Source of the DNA: an uncultured delta proteobacterium
GTDB taxonomy: Bacteria; Myxococcota_A; Polyangia; Polyangiales; Polyangiaceae
DNA length: 64,000 nt
Direction of reading: 5' to 3'
NCBI GenBank assembly: GCA_963806225.1
Contig: CAWDXG010000004.1
Coordinates: 3,264,001-3,328,000 of the forward strand
The position numbers were made by a program, and so were the translations under genes. Shown in pieces: positions 1-8,766 of this stretch (position 1 is the first letter of the stretch; each line of letters starts with the position of its first letter). The notes under the pieces are model-generated. The model did no database searches and was not told the DNA's origin. It saw only the letters and a list, made by a program, of their open reading frames with translations.

Positions 1-2
1 CG

Positions 3-1769
3 AGCGTCCGTTTCGACGAAAAGCCCTTCGTCGAAACGCTGCTCCGCGAGACGAACGAGACCATCGCCGAGCTGCCCGAGTCGACGAACACGCTGAGCGA
101 CGAGTCGGTGCAGGCACTCGAGGAAGGCCGCGTCGACGACGTGGAACAGGTCGAGCTGCCGGTCCGGCGCCTGGTGCAGTTCCTGGTGGAATCCGAATTT
201 CTCGGCGAGCTCGGCGAGCAGCTCGCTCCCATCCCGCAGGCAGAGCAGCGCGCGCTCGGCGTCGCACAGGACGTGGTGCGGCTCGTCACCTTCCACCAGA
301 CCGAGTTCGAGTCGCTCGGCGGAGGCGGCGCGGAAGCATTCCGCGAGCACATGACGCCGGTGATCGAGAACGGCCGCGAGCGGCTCGACGCCGAGCTCGC
401 CAAGCTGCGTGGAATCGGGCCTGCGCTATCGCAGAGGCTCGACGACCAGCTCACCCTCGTGCTCGACCGGACCAATGCCTATGACCTGACGAGCACCTCG
501 GCGAATCTGGAGCAACATATCCGGCTGCACCAGGGCAGGAAGGCCGTCTCCGGAGCGCGCTGGTGGGTGCGCCGCGCCATCGGCAGCGTCAAGGAAGGCA
601 TGGTCGCGCTGCTCTACCGCCGCAGCGCAGGCGTGGTCTACGCGCGCACAATCAAGGGCAGCGCCTCCACGCGGAGCGCCGTGGTCGACCGCGTGCTGTC
701 GTTCGTGACCGAGAACACGCCCAAGCCCGACGTGGTCGACGCACTGCCGTTCTACTACCGGCAGCTGTTCTTCGGACAGTCCGGCATCAACGAAGCTTTC
801 TGGGTCGGACGCCGGGCAGAGCTCGCTCGCGCGCGTCGCGCGGTGGACGCTTTCCGGCGCGGCAAGCGCGGCGCGCTGGTCGTCACCGGCGAGCGTGGCT
901 CGGGAAAGACCGCGCTCTGCCAGCGCATTACCAGCGATCTCGGCGACCGCTTCAACGTGTACCGTGTGCACGCTCCGGCGGGAGGCTCGGCGGATCCGGC
1001 AGCGTTCCAGCATTCGCTGCAGGAAGCCACGGGACTGGACGGCAGCTACGAGGAACTGTTCAGGGAGCTCCCGGAGCCGTCAGCCATCGTGATCGACGAC
1101 CTCGAGCTGTGGTGGGAAAGGACCGAGAACGGGCTGGCCGTAGTCGACCTGATCCTCGAGCTGATCGCGGCCCATGGGCACCGCTGCCTCTTCATCCTCA
1201 CCGCCAGCACCCAGAGCTACGCATTCATCAGCCGCCTCAGGCCGCTTCCGGACAGCGCCCTGGCTGTGCTCGAGTGTGGACCGCTCTCTGCCGAAGCGCT
1301 GAAGTCCATCATAACGCTGAGGCACGCGTCGACAGGCATGAAGTTCGATCTCGGTTCGAAGAGCGAGGGTCAGCTCACCGAGTGGGGCCGCGCCCGGCTG
1401 TTTACACGGCACTTCGACTACTCGGGCGGCGTCGTCGGCGCCGCGCTCCGTTCGTGGATCACCCACGTGGAACGTGTGGGAGAGGAATCCCTCGGCATCC
1501 GCATTCCGACGCCGCCCGACGGCTCCGTTCTGGACGACCTGAAGCCGGAGTGGGTGGCCCTGCTGCTGCAGCTGATGCTGCACAAGCAGCTGACGGTCTC
1601 GCGGCTTGCCCGGATTTCGGGCCTTCCGGCGGACGTCCTCGCAAGCGAGCTCGACACGCTGGTTCGCATGGGACTCGTCCTCGAGAGCGGGCAGCGCATC
1701 GTGGAGACGAATCGCTTCGTGCAGCACATCATCGCCGATCGGTTCAGGAAGCGGGGGCTCGGCCTATGA
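3..1769 (+). CDS. 5'-truncated large protein with C-terminal P-loop ATPase (AAA-like) and winged-helix-like end
   Basis: Frame open from window start; Walker A GERGSGKT, Walker B IVIDD; stop overlaps next ATG (ATGA). Confidence 0.75.
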   Translation, partial: SVRFDEKPFVETLLRETNETIAELPESTNTLSDESVQALEEGRVDDVEQVELPVRRLVQFLVESEFLGELGEQLAPIPQAEQRALGVAQDVVRLVTFHQTEFESLGGGGAEAFREHMTPVIENGRERLDAELAKLRGIGPALSQRLDDQLTLVLDRTNAYDLTSTSANLEQHIRLHQGRKAVSGARWWVRRAIGSVKEGMVALLYRRSAGVVYARTIKGSASTRSAVVDRVLSFVTENTPKPDVVDALPFYYRQLFFGQSGINEAFWVGRRAELARARRAVDAFRRGKRGALVVTGERGSGKTALCQRITSDLGDRFNVYRVHAPAGGSADPAAFQHSLQEATGLDGSYEELFRELPEPSAIVIDDLELWWERTENGLAVVDLILELIAAHGHRCLFILTASTQSYAFISRLRPLPDSALAVLECGPLSAEALKSIITLRHASTGMKFDLGSKSEGQLTEWGRARLFTRHFDYSGGVVGAALRSWITHVERVGEESLGIRIPTPPDGSVLDDLKPEWVALLLQLMLHKQLTVSRLARISGLPADVLASELDTLVRMGLVLESGQRIVETNRFVQHIIADRFRKRGLGL

Positions 1770-2503
1770 TCCGTGCGCTTTCGGCTGCGCTGGGCTTCCC
1801 GCTGCTGCTGCTGGTCGGCCTACTGCTGCTGGTCGGGCTTCTATGGGTGCTCGGCATCGCCCTGGACTACGTCCCGGTGGGTCCCGACCGGCGGGAGACG
1901 CTGGCGCGCGCCCGCCCGCTCGCCGGGACGCTGATCGTCCTGCTCTATCTCTTGTTCGCGGTAGGCGTCGTGTTCAAGGCGCAGCCCAGCCAACTACCGG
2001 CAGCACTTGCCTTCGTCGTTGTCGGCTTCGTCGTCGCATCGTGGACGGTTGTGCGCGACGTGGTGAGCGGCGTGTTCCTCAAAGCCGGGCGCGTGTGCCG
2101 CGTGGGCGACCACGTGCGCATCGGCAACGTGGAAGGCCGCGTGGAGCGCATGGGGCTCTCGGTGCTCGTCATCGAGACGCGCGAGGGCGACGAAGCCGTG
2201 CTCCCCTATAGCAGTATCGCCCGCCAGTCGATCCTGCGAACACCGGTCATCGACAACGTCGCGCCGCACGTCTTCTGCGTCGAGGCCCCCGCCGGGCTTC
2301 CGCTCCCCGAGCTCAAGGCGCTGATACGACTGCACGCCCTGAACTCGCACTGGTCCTCGATCGCGCGCCAGCCGGACGTGGAAGCCACCTCCGGGGGCGC
2401 ATTCGAGGTCACGGTGTTCGCGCTCGACGCCGACCATGCCGCCGACGTGGAAGCGACGGTCCGGCGCGCACTGGAGCAGCGCGGGGGCGCAGTTGTTGCG
2501 TGA
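1766..2503 (+). CDS. MscS-family mechanosensitive ion channel domain protein
   Basis: Three N-terminal TM segments, then RDVVSGVFL...RVGDHVRIGNVEGRVERMGL...LPYS, typical MscS beta domain. Confidence 0.8.
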   Translation: MIRALSAALGFPLLLLVGLLLLVGLLWVLGIALDYVPVGPDRRETLARARPLAGTLIVLLYLLFAVGVVFKAQPSQLPAALAFVVVGFVVASWTVVRDVVSGVFLKAGRVCRVGDHVRIGNVEGRVERMGLSVLVIETREGDEAVLPYSSIARQSILRTPVIDNVAPHVFCVEAPAGLPLPELKALIRLHALNSHWSSIARQPDVEATSGGAFEVTVFALDADHAADVEATVRRALEQRGGAVVA

Positions 2504-2559
2504 AGGAGCCGCCTCACCGCACTGACTTCGCGCTTGCACGTCCAATAGCGCGGCCATTA

Positions 2560-2575
2560 TGGCACAATGTCTGCA
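2560..2575 (+). promoter_or_regulatory. Candidate sigma-54 (-24/-12) promoter for the CBS gene
   Basis: TGGCACAATGTCTGCA: GG-N10-GC spacing, about 40 nt upstream of ATG 2616. Confidence 0.45.
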
Positions 2576-2615
2576 GGCGGTTCGTTTACCGGACCTCTGC
2601 GAAGGAGCCTCCAAC

Positions 2616-3083
2616 ATGGCCGTGATCGGCACGCTGATGAAGACGGGGATGGTCACCGCTCATCCCGAAGAGACCGTCGCCAACGTTGCAGTGCGCATGC
2701 GCGACAACGAGGTGGGCGCGGTGCTCGTCGTGCACCTGGGCGTCTTGAGAGGCCTCTTCACCGAGCGCGACCTGCTCACCCGTGTGGTCGCCGCGGGACT
2801 GGACCCGGCCCGGACGCCGGTCGGAGAGGTGGCCACCCGCGACCCGATCACGGTCGAACGCGACACGCACCTGCGCCGCTGTGTGGAGATCCTGAACGAC
2901 CGCCACATCCGGCATCTGCCGGTGCTCGAAGGCGACAGCCCGGTCGGCATCCTCGGGGCGCGCGACCTGCTGGGCGTCGTCGTCGAAGGGCTCGAGCGCC
3001 TCGTCGATGACCAGCGCTACCGGAACAAGCTCGCCGAGGGCGTCGACCCGTACGACCACATCGGCGGCTCGTACGGGGAGTGA
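2616..3083 (+). CDS. CBS domain pair protein
   Basis: RBS GAAGGAG; motifs VGAVLVV, GLFTERDLL, IRHLPVLE, GILGARDLL. Confidence 0.88.
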   Translation: MAVIGTLMKTGMVTAHPEETVANVAVRMRDNEVGAVLVVHLGVLRGLFTERDLLTRVVAAGLDPARTPVGEVATRDPITVERDTHLRRCVEILNDRHIRHLPVLEGDSPVGILGARDLLGVVVEGLERLVDDQRYRNKLAEGVDPYDHIGGSYGE

Positions 3084-3084
3084 G

Positions 3085-3738
3085 TCAGGGCCCGCCGTAC
3101 ACCGCGACGCGGAAGGACGCGAGCACGCTGTCCATGTGCAGCGACTGGCTGAACAGGCGCTGGTACTCGAGGCCGGGGCCGAAGGCGAAGTGACCGGCAC
3201 GCAGCCCTTCCCAGAAGGCGCCGGCACCGACGAGCGACATCGAGCCGCCGTCGGCGCGCGTGTCGCTCCCTTCGGAAAGCCCCATGCCGCCGATACCGAA
3301 GTTGCCGTCGAAGCCGAGGTCGCGCCAGGGCCCACCCTGGTAGAACAGCGGATAGGCTTCGATGCGGAAGAGCGCGCCGCCGCCGCTGCCCTTGAGCCCG
3401 CCGCCGTTGAGTCGGAGGAAGCTCGCCCCAACCCCTAGCGCAAGCCAGTCCCGGAGCGCGCCGCCCAGCCAGATCATCGTGCCCGTGCCGACCGCGGCAC
3501 CCGTTGCGGCGCGGTAGTCCGGGTTGTTCAGCTTGCCGATCTCGTTCGGGTAGCCGACGGCGTCGCCGGCGAGCAGCCCCAGCGTCACGCCGGCAGTGAA
3601 GTCGCTACGGCGCGTGTTGTGCTGCACGTAGTCGCCGCTCCAGTCGTTGGTGTCGGCGGTGGCGTCCTCGGCGCGAGCGACGCCCGACAGAACGAGAAAA
3701 GCCAGACCCGCGGCCACGGCAGCAAACAAGCGCTTCAT
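3085..3738 (-). CDS. Exported protein, probable outer-membrane beta-barrel
   Basis: Signal peptide MKRLFAAVAAG...ARA; alternating Gly/aromatic beta strands. Confidence 0.65.
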   Translation of the reverse strand: MKRLFAAVAAGLAFLVLSGVARAEDATADTNDWSGDYVQHNTRRSDFTAGVTLGLLAGDAVGYPNEIGKLNNPDYRAATGAAVGTGTMIWLGGALRDWLALGVGASFLRLNGGGLKGSGGGALFRIEAYPLFYQGGPWRDLGFDGNFGIGGMGLSEGSDTRADGGSMSLVGAGAFWEGLRAGHFAFGPGLEYQRLFSQSLHMDSVLASFRVAVYGGP

Positions 3739-3835
3739 GCCTCGGGTGGATCTGGTCGAGATGGCGCAGGGGGTCAAGAGCCGGGGCGGCCAGCCCATGA
3801 GCGCGTCGGCAGGATCCGCGTTAGACTCGGCAACA

Positions 3836-6202
3836 ATGAGGGTCGCGCTCGTCTTTCCGCCCCTGCGCGTCTCCCGCGATTTCATCGACTATCCGTATTT
3901 CGCGGATCTGGGAGCCGTGCAGGCCGCCGGCCTGCTCAGGGCGCTGGGGCACGAGGTGTCGCTGGTCGACGCGCTGGCCCGACCCGGGGCGGAGCTCGCC
4001 CCAGAGGGCGACGACTACGTTCGGCTCGGTGTCCCCGTGGCAGAAGCGCTCGCCGCCGTCGACGAAGCGGACGTGGCCATTGTCGCGTACACGCCCTTCC
4101 ACCGCCCGCCCGAGCGCGACCCGCTGCTCGGCGAGCTGCTCGCTGGACTGCGCGCGGCGCACCCGGAGCTGCCCATCCTGCTCGCCGATCTGTACCAGAG
4201 CGGGCAGCACGTCGTGGATGCGCCGTCGGCGGAGATCTGCGCGGCCTATCCCGAGCTCGACGTGCTGATCCGCTACGAAGCGGAAGACGAGCTGCCCGCC
4301 CTCGTCGAGCGGCTCGGCAACGCGGGGCGCCCCGCGTCGCAGGAAGTCGTCGTCGGCGGCGAGACGGCCGATCTCGACGCGCTGCCACTGCCGGCGTGGG
4401 ATCTCGTCGACCTCGACGCCTACTGGGCCTTCCACGACAGCGTGGTCGCCGGTCTCGGCCGCTCGAACTGGGCTTTCCCCATCGAAGGGCGCGCGCTGCC
4501 GATGCTCACCACGCGCGGCTGCCCCTTCCGCTGCGCCCACTGCTCGAGCAACGCGGGCCTGCCCGAAGGCGCCCCCAAGAAGCAGCGTCGCTACTCGGCC
4601 GACTACCTCGCCCGACACCTCGACCTGCTCGTCACGCTCGGCGCCAGGCGCGTGCACCTGCTGGACGAGCTCGCCAACGTCAACGAGCGTCACTTCGACC
4701 GGCTGCTCGAGCTGCTCGCCGAGCGCAGGCTCTCCTTCGAGATCCCGAACGGCGTGCGCGCCGACTACGTGCTGGAAAATCACCTGGCCGCCATGCGCGG
4801 AAAACTGACCACGCTCAGCATTTCCGCGGAGAGCGGCGTGCAGCGCGTGGTCGACGAGGTCGTCGGCAAGGATCTCGACCTCTCCGCCATCGTCCGCACG
4901 GCCGAGCGCGCGCAGCAGGCGGGCGTGCCGCTTCTGGTGCACTTCATCATCGGCATGCCCGGCGAAACGAAGGACGAGATCAACGGCACGCTCGCCTTCG
5001 CGCTGGATCTCTACGAGCGTTTCGGAGCCTGGCCCAGCGTGCAGTTCGCCACTCCGCTGCCCGGCACGCGGCTCTCGGAGAAAGCGGCGAGCAGCGGCTG
5101 CGTGCTGCCCGTCGTGCACGACTGGGGCCCGCACTTCCAGCAGGCGCCCTCGATCGCCACGCCCGACTTCACGCTGGAGGAGCTCGAACAGTTCAAGCAG
5201 ACCTTCGACCTGCGCCTTTCCGCCTCGCAGGGCCCGAAGAAGGTCATCATGAACGTCACCTACAAGTGCAACAACCGCTGCACCTTCTGCGCCGTCGGCA
5301 CGCGCACCCAGTTCGACGGCGACTACGACAAGCAGCGCGAGCTGCTCGTCAAATACCGGAAGCGCGGCGTCGATCTCCTCGACTACGACGGCGGCGAGCC
5401 GACGCTGAACCCGAACCTGTTCAACCTGATCCGCTTCGCGCGCCGCATCGGCTACACCAAGGTGAACGTCACCACCAACGGCCGCATGGCCATGTACGAG
5501 GAGTACGCCGAAAGGCTCGTCCACTCGGGCCTCACGACGCTGCTCTTCAGCATCCACGGCGCCAGCCGCTACATCCACGCGGCGAACGTCGGCGTTCCCG
5601 AGGCCTTCGATCAAACACTGAGCGGAGTCGAGAACTGCCGGCGCCTCGCGCCGGAGGGCGTCGAGCTCGGCGCCAACATCACGCTCACCCGGAGCAACTA
5701 CAAGTCGCTCGGCGACGTGGCCAAGCTCGTGCACGAGCTCGGGCTCGGCTGGATGAACATCCAGTTTCTCACGCCCTTCGGCCGCGCCACCAACACGGTC
5801 AATCCCGACACGCAGGCCGCCGCCGACGTGACCATGCGCGTCATCGACGAGTACAAGGACCGCATCCGCTTCTGCGTGATCAACCTGCCGTGGTGCTACA
5901 TGCCGGGCTACGAGGACTTCCTCATGGGAGATCTGCTCAAGCTCGAGCGGCACATGCTGTTCGTGAACAACGAGGAAGTGAACCTCTTCGAGTACCTGCG
6001 CGAGCAGCGCGAGTACCGCGACGTGTGCACCGGCTGCACACGCCGCATCTTCTGCGGCGGCTTCTACCGCATGGACGACGTGCCCGAGCCCGAGTGGCTG
6101 ATCGAGCCCAGCGACCTCGTCCGTCCCATCGAGGACGAAGGCCTGACCGCGCATCCGCGTCCCGTGGCTCCGCGCGGCGTGCAGCTCGACAGCGCCAAAT
6201 AG
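3836..6202 (+). CDS. B12-binding radical SAM protein fused to a second radical SAM domain
   Basis: N-terminal cobalamin-binding-like region, TTRGCPFRCAHC; second CxxxCxxC (YKCNNRCTFC) with GGEPT and TTNG; C-terminal CTGCTRRIFCGG. Confidence 0.85.
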   Translation: MRVALVFPPLRVSRDFIDYPYFADLGAVQAAGLLRALGHEVSLVDALARPGAELAPEGDDYVRLGVPVAEALAAVDEADVAIVAYTPFHRPPERDPLLGELLAGLRAAHPELPILLADLYQSGQHVVDAPSAEICAAYPELDVLIRYEAEDELPALVERLGNAGRPASQEVVVGGETADLDALPLPAWDLVDLDAYWAFHDSVVAGLGRSNWAFPIEGRALPMLTTRGCPFRCAHCSSNAGLPEGAPKKQRRYSADYLARHLDLLVTLGARRVHLLDELANVNERHFDRLLELLAERRLSFEIPNGVRADYVLENHLAAMRGKLTTLSISAESGVQRVVDEVVGKDLDLSAIVRTAERAQQAGVPLLVHFIIGMPGETKDEINGTLAFALDLYERFGAWPSVQFATPLPGTRLSEKAASSGCVLPVVHDWGPHFQQAPSIATPDFTLEELEQFKQTFDLRLSASQGPKKVIMNVTYKCNNRCTFCAVGTRTQFDGDYDKQRELLVKYRKRGVDLLDYDGGEPTLNPNLFNLIRFARRIGYTKVNVTTNGRMAMYEEYAERLVHSGLTTLLFSIHGASRYIHAANVGVPEAFDQTLSGVENCRRLAPEGVELGANITLTRSNYKSLGDVAKLVHELGLGWMNIQFLTPFGRATNTVNPDTQAAADVTMRVIDEYKDRIRFCVINLPWCYMPGYEDFLMGDLLKLERHMLFVNNEEVNLFEYLREQREYRDVCTGCTRRIFCGGFYRMDDVPEPEWLIEPSDLVRPIEDEGLTAHPRPVAPRGVQLDSAK

Positions 6203-6465
6203 CCGTCGCCGAGGGCTGCTCCCGCGTCGCAGCACGGACGTGTGCCGCCCGTCCGTGCTCGCTGGCGCTGCGAGATGTGATGGGGTGGCAAGCAACCGGA
6301 TGATGTGAATCTGCGGTCTCTGGCGGTTGATCGCCGCGGTTCGCAGGGTTCTGGCAACCGGTTTTGCGGGCGTGTGGGTAGTGGCTGTCTCCCCGTTACC
6401 GAGGTCACCGATAATCGGGCCACACACACACACGCGCTCTAGCGGCGCAAAACGAGGAGACAGCC

Positions 6466-7400
6466 ATGCAACATGTTGCAATCGATCTCGGCGGAAGGGA
6501 ATCCCAGGTCTGCATTCGCGGTCAGGACGGGCAGATCCTGCTGGAGCGCAAGCTGGCGACCAGAAGCTTGAAGGGCTTTCTCGAGCAGCAGTCGCCGAGT
6601 CGGGTGGTGCTCGAGACCTGCGCGGAGGCGTTCGCGGTCGCCGATCTGGCGGTGGAGTGCCAGCACGAGGTGCGGGTCGTACCGGCTACCCTGGTGCGCA
6701 GCCTCGGCGTTGGCGCGCGCGGCATCAAGACCGACCGTCGCGACGCGCAGGTGCTGAGCGAGGTCTCCTGTCGCATCGACCTGCCATCCTGCGCGTGTGG
6801 ATGGGCACGGACGCAGCTGTTGAAGTTCCGCTCGGGAGAGCCCACGACCCTGCCATCGCGGGTGCGGAAGGCCGCCGAGCAGCATCCCGACGGGCTTCCC
6901 GACTACATCGAGCGCGTGCTCGTGGTCGTGGAGTCGCTCAACGTGCAGATCGCCCTGGCCGACAAGGAACTCGAGCAACTCGCGAAGCAGGACCCGGTGT
7001 GCAAGCGCCTGATGACGGTGTCTGGAATCGGCCCGTCACGAGCCTACGCTTCGTGGCGGCGCTGGACGACATGTCGCGCTTTTTGACAGCGCACGCGGTC
7101 CAGGCCTTCCTCTGTCTGACGCCGGGCGAGCATTCGAGCTCGCAGCGACAGCAGCGGACCGGTATCACCAAGGCCGGACCGCCTGCCGTGCGAAGGACGC
7201 TGGTGCAGGCTGCATCGAACCTGCGGCGTCTGAAGCCACTCGACCCCATCAGCCAGTGGGCTGCCGGGATCGAGCAGCCACGCGGAAAGTTCGTTGCAAC
7301 CATCGCCGTCGCGCGCAAGCTCGCCGGCGTGCTGTTCGCCATCTGGCGCGACGGCTCCACGTACCAGGCCCACCACGGCCGCGCGCAGTCGACTGCATAG
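6466..7400 (+). pseudogene. IS110-family transposase/recombinase, frameshifted
   Basis: IDLG, VLET, KTDRRD DEDD motifs; C-terminal LTPGEHSSS/GITKAG/IAVARKLA in another frame after a 1-bp loss near 7035 (GIGP|VT); apparent internal deletion near 6790. Confidence 0.88.
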
Positions 7401-7696
7401 CTCCTGCTCGCGCATCGAAAGACTCTTCCGGCCTATGGCCGGCCAGAGAAGCCACACAACGGCTGTCCAGAAGCGGTGAACGCGTCGCCCGCGCTCCGGG
7501 CGCCCGGTGCCAGCCGGCTCCGACCCCGTCTGCGCGATTGCGTCCTGCCTACGGACAACCACCTATGCGCCACGAACGCGGATACTCGATCGAGACAGCC
7601 CGTTGCCCGGCTTCCAGGTCGCCAGCCACTACAAGCAAAAAACAAGATGTGGGGCGACGGACACGTGCGCCCTTGACTGCGAGGCCACCCCATACT
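7401..7696 (+). ncRNA. Candidate bridge/seek RNA in the IS right non-coding end
   Basis: About 300 bp non-coding right end, as in IS1111-group elements; contains matches to the inferred target (7486-7494, 7530-7536) and circle junction (7582-7589). RNA boundaries unknown. Confidence 0.55.
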
Positions 7697-7815
7697 CGCG
7701 GGCGGGGTCCCTCACGCTGCGTGCTCGGGCGGCCGGCGCTCCGCGACGCTTCACGTCGAGCCGCCCTGCGCGCACCGAGGGTGCCCTCCACGGTGTACCC
7801 CGGCGCGCCGCCCGC

Positions 7816-8088
7816 TCACGCGGCGTCGATGATCTCCTTCATGCGAAGGCTGCGCAGCCGGTTGCCTATAGCGACCAGCACCAGCAGCGCCACGAACCAG
7901 CCACCGAGCAGAACGGCCACGCCGACAAGCTCACCCGCCAGGATCTGCGCGACACCGCCAGCGACCCAGAAAAACACGAACATGCCTACCGGAAACAAGC
8001 CGATCAGGGTCTCGGCCGTACTCCGCGCCGCCTGCAGTGCCCACACCGTGCCCAGCCCCAGACAGATCAGAAATAGCAACGACAACAT
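7816..8088 (-). CDS. Small membrane protein (about 3 TM)
   Basis: Strong RBS AGGAGG before ATG 8088; 90 aa, mostly hydrophobic. Confidence 0.65.
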   Translation of the reverse strand: MLSLLFLICLGLGTVWALQAARSTAETLIGLFPVGMFVFFWVAGGVAQILAGELVGVAVLLGGWFVALLVLVAIGNRLRSLRMKEIIDAA

Positions 8089-8240
8089 CTTGAACCTCCT
8101 GCCCCCTGTTCGGCATGCGTCGAGGCGGGTTGCGGACTTTCTGTCCGGCCTGCGCCCCGCGCACATTTTCGCGGCCAGGCTCCGGACTCCCCCTTCATGC
8201 ACGGCGCGCGGCGCGCCGCGCGCGGCTACGCCGCGCGCTT

Positions 8241-8586
8241 GTTTTCACGTCCAAGCTCGAGCTTGGAGCCCTTTTCGCGCGCCAGACGCGCGTTTTCGCG
8301 TCCAAGCTCCGCTTGGCGCCCTTTTCAAGCGCGTCGCGCCTGTTTTCGCTTCCAAGCTCGAGCTTGGAGCCCTTTTCGCGCGCCAGACGCGCGTTTTCGC
8401 CTCCAACCTCCGCTTGGCGCCCTTTTCAAGCGCGTCGCGCCTGTTTTCGCTTCCAAGCTCGGGCGTGGCGCCCTTTTCGCGCGTCAGACGAGCGTTTTCG
8501 CGTCCAAGCTCCGCTTGGAGCCCTTTTCGCGCGCCTCGCGCCTGTTTTCGCCTCCAAGCTCGGGCTTGGCGCCCTTTTCGCGCGCC
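8241..8586. repeat. Tandem array of 7 alternating 51/50-bp hairpin units
   Basis: Units start GTTTTC at 8241, 8292, 8342, 8393, 8443, 8494, 8544; core CCAAGC-(3-4 nt)-GCTTGG (single mismatch in two units), then GCCCTTTTC. Confidence 0.92.
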
Positions 8587-8766
8587 GGGGCGAGCGGCGC
8601 GCCGCCAAGCGCCGCGCCGCGCCAAACGCCGCGTCGCGGCGTTCGACGTTGTGGGCCCGCGCGCGGCGGAGGCGCGCGCTTGGGACCACGCGCCGCGCGC
8701 AGCGCGGCGCACCGCTAGGCGACGCGCAGTGTGGAGGGCATCCCACCCGAAGCTCGCAGGAGGGAG

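Larger units (their letters stand above)
6273..7696 (+). mobile_element. IS110-family (IS1111 group) insertion sequence, decayed
   Basis: Perfect 10-bp subterminal IR ATGGGGTGGC (6280-6289)/GCCACCCCAT (7684-7693), 7 bp and 3 bp from the inferred ends; outward TTGACT at 7673; encloses a DEDD transposase; flanked by CG on both sides. Confidence 0.8.

Noticed and set aside
3619..6481. Long alternative-frame and antisense ORFs over the radical SAM gene
   Set aside because: Arg/Ala/Pro-rich or antisense shadows with no motifs.
8241..8586. CRISPR array
   Set aside because: Inter-repeat segments are about 15 bp and themselves repeated, not unique spacers; no cas genes in the window.
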